Under the pieces are notes generated by a model. It was given only the letters and a program-made list of their open reading frames with translations, was not told the origin of the DNA and did not search any database. Positions 60,410 through 64,000 of a stretch of 64,000 bases of DNA are shown here, piece after piece; position 1 is the stretch's first letter, and every line of letters begins with the position of its first letter. Source of the DNA: a virus; the IMG/VR virus record IMGVR_UViG_3300046660_000385, positions 1 to 64,000 of that record; one strand, given 5' to 3'. A program made the position numbers and the translations under genes.

Positions 60410-62761
60410 ATGAGCCTGAAAGACTTCGACCCGAGCGACCTCGACCCGGACAACCCGCCCGATCCGCCACTGCCGATCCCGCTGCCGGCGCCGATGCCGC
60501 TGGCGCCGCTGCCCACCCTGCCGCCGCCGCCGCTGCTGTCGAGCATGCCGATGTTCCCGCCACCGGCGGAAACCGGCTCGTTGGGTGGCGGCGGCCCGGC
60601 CGTGGTCGACCCGGTCGGCGTCGATCCGCACGACCCGGCGACATGGAACATCCTGGACGACGGCAACGACGTCGCCCGCATCGTCCAGAGCTTCCTCACC
60701 GCCTCCGACGACGCCCAGAGCGCCGCGTTCGAGGCGCTGTCGAACCTGTACTCGGTGATGACGGGCTTTACCCCGCTGAACCAGCCGAGCCTGGCGTCCG
60801 GCCAGCTGGCCCAGCCGACACTGGCGCCGCCCCCGCCTGACCCCGGCCCCGGCGACAACCAGTTCCCGTCGCTGCCGCCGATGCCGCCGATCGGCCGGGT
60901 CGACACCTTCGAGCCGCCGCCGCCGCCGCTGTTCGACGTCGCCGCCCCCGCCATTGCCGACCTCGAACTGCCCGACCCGATCGACGTCACGATGCCGGAC
61001 GAGCCGGTGCTGCTGGACGTGGTCGCGCCGCCGCCGCCCGACTTCGTGCTGCCGCCAAGCCCGACCCTGATCGAACTGGCGATCCCCGAGCCGCCGGCGA
61101 TCGAGCTGCCGCTGTTCGACGCCAGCCTCGGCGCCCGCCCCGAGCTGCCCGCGACCGCGCTGGTCTACCACGAGGTCGAATACAACTCGGCGCTGCTGAA
61201 CGCCGCCAACGCGCGCCTGGGCCAGCTGCTGCTGGACGAGCGTGCCACCGGCATCCTGCCGGAACACGAGCAGGCACTGTGGGAGCGGGCCGCCGCGCGC
61301 GAAGCGCAGCTGACCCGCCGCGCCGTGGGCGAGGCCCAGCGCATGCTGCGCGCCCGCGGCTTCGCCATGCCGGACGACACGCTCGCGCGCGTGGTGCAGC
61401 AGGCCCTGCACGCCGGCATGGCGCGCTCGAACGCGCTGGCGCGCGCGGTCGCGGTCGAACGCGCCAACCTGGCCCAGCAGAACCTGCGCTTTGCGATCGA
61501 GGGCACGATCTCGGCCGAGGCGCGCATGCTCGACAAGCACAACGCCGTGCAGCAGCGCGCCCTCGAAGCGGCCAAGGCCGTCATCGCCACCGAGATCCAG
61601 CTGTTCAACGCCCAGGTCAACCTGATGCGCGCCGACGTCGCCGCCTTTTCGATGAAGGCCGAGGTGTTCAAGGCCAGGCTGCAGCAGGCGCTGGCTTCTG
61701 TTGCCGTCTACCGCGCCCAGATCGAGGCCGCGATCGTGCGCGGCGAGGTCAACGGCCAGATGCTGGCGATCTACCAGGCGCAGATCAACGGCGTGCGCGT
61801 GGTCGCCGACACCTATAAAACCCAGGTCGAGGCGGCCCAGCAGATGGCCGACGCCAACAAGGCGCGCGCCGACCAGTACAAGGCCCGGATCGAGGCCTAC
61901 CAGGCGCAGGTGTCGGCCATGCAGAGCGACTACGAGCGCTACGCCGCCGCCGTGCGCGGCCAGACCGAGCGCGCATCCCTGTTCGAGAAGCAGGTCGGCG
62001 CGTTCCGCGCCCGCGTCGGCGGCTTCGAGGCGCTGGTCAAGGCCAAGACCGGCCTGATCGACCTGGCCGTCAAGGCCGAGGTCGAATTCCCGCTCGAAGA
62101 ATACCGTGCCCGCACCGACGCCTACCGCGCCAGTTCCGAGGTGGCGGTCGAGCAGGTGAGGGCGCTGGCCAGCCAGTACGGCGCGCGCGTGCGCGCGTTC
62201 GCTACCGCCGAGGGCGTGGCGATGGAGAACGCCGAGGTCGGCGTGAAGGTGGCCCAGGTCGTGGCCGAGGCCGCGATCAGCGCAGCCAGCCTCGGCGTCG
62301 AGACCGCCCGCGAGAACCTGGCCGCGACCCAGATCCGCACCCAGATGACGGAGCAGGCCGCACGCTCGGCCGCGCAGATCGCCGGCCAGATCGGCGCCGC
62401 CGCCGCCTCGATGACGACCACCCACACCATGACCAGCAATGCCAGCTCGTCCTCGACCAGCAACAGCGACACCACGTCGAGCAGCTTTGTCAACAGCACG
62501 ACCGCGGTCAACTCGACCAGCAACAACGTGAGCATGAACCACAGCGACAGCACCATTTCCGGCAACACCACGAACAAGACCGTCAGCAACGTGACCGGGC
62601 GCCACAACAACCGCGGCACCAGCAACACCTACAGCAATGCGACCAGCGTCAACTACAGCGACTCGCATTCGGTCGCAATGAGCAACACGAACAGCATGAC
62701 CAACAACTTCACGTTCGCTTCGTCGTTCGAGCGCGTCGACCGTACCGTGCACAAGGATTGA
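60410..62761 (+). CDS. Putative internal/ejection protein
   Basis: Pro-rich N-terminus, ARGFAMP motif, long coiled coil, Ser/Thr/Asn C-terminal tract. Confidence 0.7.
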   Translation: MSLKDFDPSDLDPDNPPDPPLPIPLPAPMPLAPLPTLPPPPLLSSMPMFPPPAETGSLGGGGPAVVDPVGVDPHDPATWNILDDGNDVARIVQSFLTASDDAQSAAFEALSNLYSVMTGFTPLNQPSLASGQLAQPTLAPPPPDPGPGDNQFPSLPPMPPIGRVDTFEPPPPPLFDVAAPAIADLELPDPIDVTMPDEPVLLDVVAPPPPDFVLPPSPTLIELAIPEPPAIELPLFDASLGARPELPATALVYHEVEYNSALLNAANARLGQLLLDERATGILPEHEQALWERAAAREAQLTRRAVGEAQRMLRARGFAMPDDTLARVVQQALHAGMARSNALARAVAVERANLAQQNLRFAIEGTISAEARMLDKHNAVQQRALEAAKAVIATEIQLFNAQVNLMRADVAAFSMKAEVFKARLQQALASVAVYRAQIEAAIVRGEVNGQMLAIYQAQINGVRVVADTYKTQVEAAQQMADANKARADQYKARIEAYQAQVSAMQSDYERYAAAVRGQTERASLFEKQVGAFRARVGGFEALVKAKTGLIDLAVKAEVEFPLEEYRARTDAYRASSEVAVEQVRALASQYGARVRAFATAEGVAMENAEVGVKVAQVVAEAAISAASLGVETARENLAATQIRTQMTEQAARSAAQIAGQIGAAAASMTTTHTMTSNASSSSTSNSDTTSSSFVNSTTAVNSTSNNVSMNHSDSTISGNTTNKTVSNVTGRHNNRGTSNTYSNATSVNYSDSHSVAMSNTNSMTNNFTFASSFERVDRTVHKD

Positions 62762-62771
62762 GGAGGACCCG

Positions 62772-64000
62772 ATGGCTGACCCGACCACCCCGCTTGACGC
62801 GACCGACGTGACCGAAGCGGCGCCGACCATCCCGACGGTGCCCTCGCCGGTCAGCCAGCTGCCGCCGCCGCCGGCGTTCGATCCACCGCCGCCGCCGGCG
62901 CAGAAAGCCACCGTCGACGCCCTCAGCGCCGCCCTGACCTACATTTCCGGCAACCTGTCGGGTAACGCGATGGCGCTCGGCCAGGCCGCGATCGAGGCGC
63001 TGGCGTCGATCGACCTGCAGCTGCCCGAGATCGTGTCGCCCTCGCTCGACATCCCGACCGTCACCCTCGCCGGCACGCCCGGCCCGGACGCCCCGAGCGA
63101 CCTGTCGGTCGTGCTGCCCGAGGCGCCCGTCGCACCAAGCCTGCCCGAGCCGCGTTCACTGGGCGACCTGGACGTCCCGCAATACGACCTGAGCGCGCCG
63201 CTGCTCATCGACGTGCCGCTGCCGGACCCGTTCGACCTCCTGGTGCCCGGCCCGCCCGAACTGGGCGACGTCAGCGCCCCGGTCGAGCCGGATTTCACGC
63301 TGCCGGCCGTGCCGGACCTGGTCGCGCTGGCGCTGCCGGACGCCCCCAGCTTCGACGTGCCCACCTTTACCGACGAGGCCCCGGCGCCGATCCTGCCGCC
63401 CGAGCTGGAATTCACCTGGGCCGAGGTCGAGTACCAGTCGGACCTGCTGGCCGACGTCAACAGCCGCCTGCTCGCGCTGGTACAGGGCGCCTGGTCGGCG
63501 CTGCCGGTCGAGGTCGAGCAGCGGATCTGGGATAAAAGCGTGGACGAGGCGGCCCCCGCGACCGCCCGCAGCGTCGACGAGGCCGCGCAGCAGGTCGCCG
63601 CGCGCGGGTTTGCCCTGCCCGGCGGCGAGATGGTGCGGCTGGTGCAGGGCGCGGTCAACGCCGGCATCGACCACGACCGCGACGCCAGCCGCGAGCTGAT
63701 GACCGCGCAGGCCCGCATGCAGGTGGCGAACTTCGCGTTCGCGTTCTCCAACGCCATGCAGCTTGAGGGCCAGCTGATCGCCCTGTACAACCAGGTCCAG
63801 CAGCGCGCGCTGGATGGCGCCCGCTACCGGGTCGAGGCCGCCATGCAGCTGTTCGACGCGCGCGTGAACCTGTACCAGGCCGAGGTGCAGGCGTTCGGCG
63901 CCAAGGCCGAGGTGTTCAAGGCGCGCCTCACGGCTGTCCTCAGCCGCCTGGATCTCTACAAGGCCGAGCTGGAAGCGGTCAAGGCGAAAGGCCAGCTGAA
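62772..64000 (+). CDS. Paralog of preceding protein (partial, runs off window)
   Basis: Not in ORF track; RBS GAGGAGG, MADPTTP..., EVEY.S.LL...N.RL, EQ.IW, ARGFALP, KAEVFKARL. Confidence 0.75.
   Translation, partial: MADPTTPLDATDVTEAAPTIPTVPSPVSQLPPPPAFDPPPPPAQKATVDALSAALTYISGNLSGNAMALGQAAIEALASIDLQLPEIVSPSLDIPTVTLAGTPGPDAPSDLSVVLPEAPVAPSLPEPRSLGDLDVPQYDLSAPLLIDVPLPDPFDLLVPGPPELGDVSAPVEPDFTLPAVPDLVALALPDAPSFDVPTFTDEAPAPILPPELEFTWAEVEYQSDLLADVNSRLLALVQGAWSALPVEVEQRIWDKSVDEAAPATARSVDEAAQQVAARGFALPGGEMVRLVQGAVNAGIDHDRDASRELMTAQARMQVANFAFAFSNAMQLEGQLIALYNQVQQRALDGARYRVEAAMQLFDARVNLYQAEVQAFGAKAEVFKARLTAVLSRLDLYKAELEAVKAKGQL

Larger units (their letters stand above)
1..64000. mobile_element. Temperate tailed phage, probable phage-plasmid (window lies entirely inside the element)
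   Basis: terL, portal, scaffold, major capsid, cI/cro, Q, helicase/primase co-occur with parA/parB, TrfA-like initiator and serine resolvase; no host housekeeping genes seen. Confidence 0.88.

Noticed and set aside
59495-62911. 1138-aa minus-strand ORF and similar long antisense or alternate-frame ORFs (6461-8107, 9418-11064, 33060-34583, 45960-48023, 58219-60840)
   Set aside because: Stop-poor shadows of real genes in high-GC DNA; no motifs or RBS
1-64000. tRNA, rRNA or tmRNA genes
   Set aside because: No cloverleaf with T-loop consensus or rRNA-like sequence recognised in the intergenic gaps by eye

Overview
A ~64 kb, GC-rich stretch of one temperate tailed phage of podovirus-like architecture that also carries a plasmid maintenance kit, i.e. 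a probable phage-plasmid. The host is probably Burkholderiales (Oxalobacteraceae-like), inferred from its H-NS and small HTH families. No host genes, att site, complete integrase or lysis genes are visible. Left arm (minus strand, 1-13000): TrfA-like replication initiator cut by the window edge, two tandem H-NS genes, an orphan HicB-domain protein, ParA/ParB with two identical 23-bp palindromes (candidate parS), ThyX-like, NinB, SSB and exonuclease. Next come a cI/cro switch (degenerate S24 domain; Cro fused to a DUF4406 domain), Ref, helicase, primase, a candidate structured RNA, vWA, DUF1064 and a Q-like antiterminator with a late promoter. These are followed by fibre/spike genes, a counter-oriented radC-headed accessory operon, terS/terL, a serine resolvase, a second counter-oriented operon, a lyase-like virion protein, a very long portal, scaffold, major capsid, a methyltransferase-GT9 fusion, and tail/ejection proteins. 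The most striking unexplained structure is five covarying, strand-specific stem-loop elements that sit exactly between stop codon and RBS of successive genes in the radC operon (31273-34178), giving a cassette-like array of small acidic genes. All family assignments are by-eye motif recognition, not database searches.
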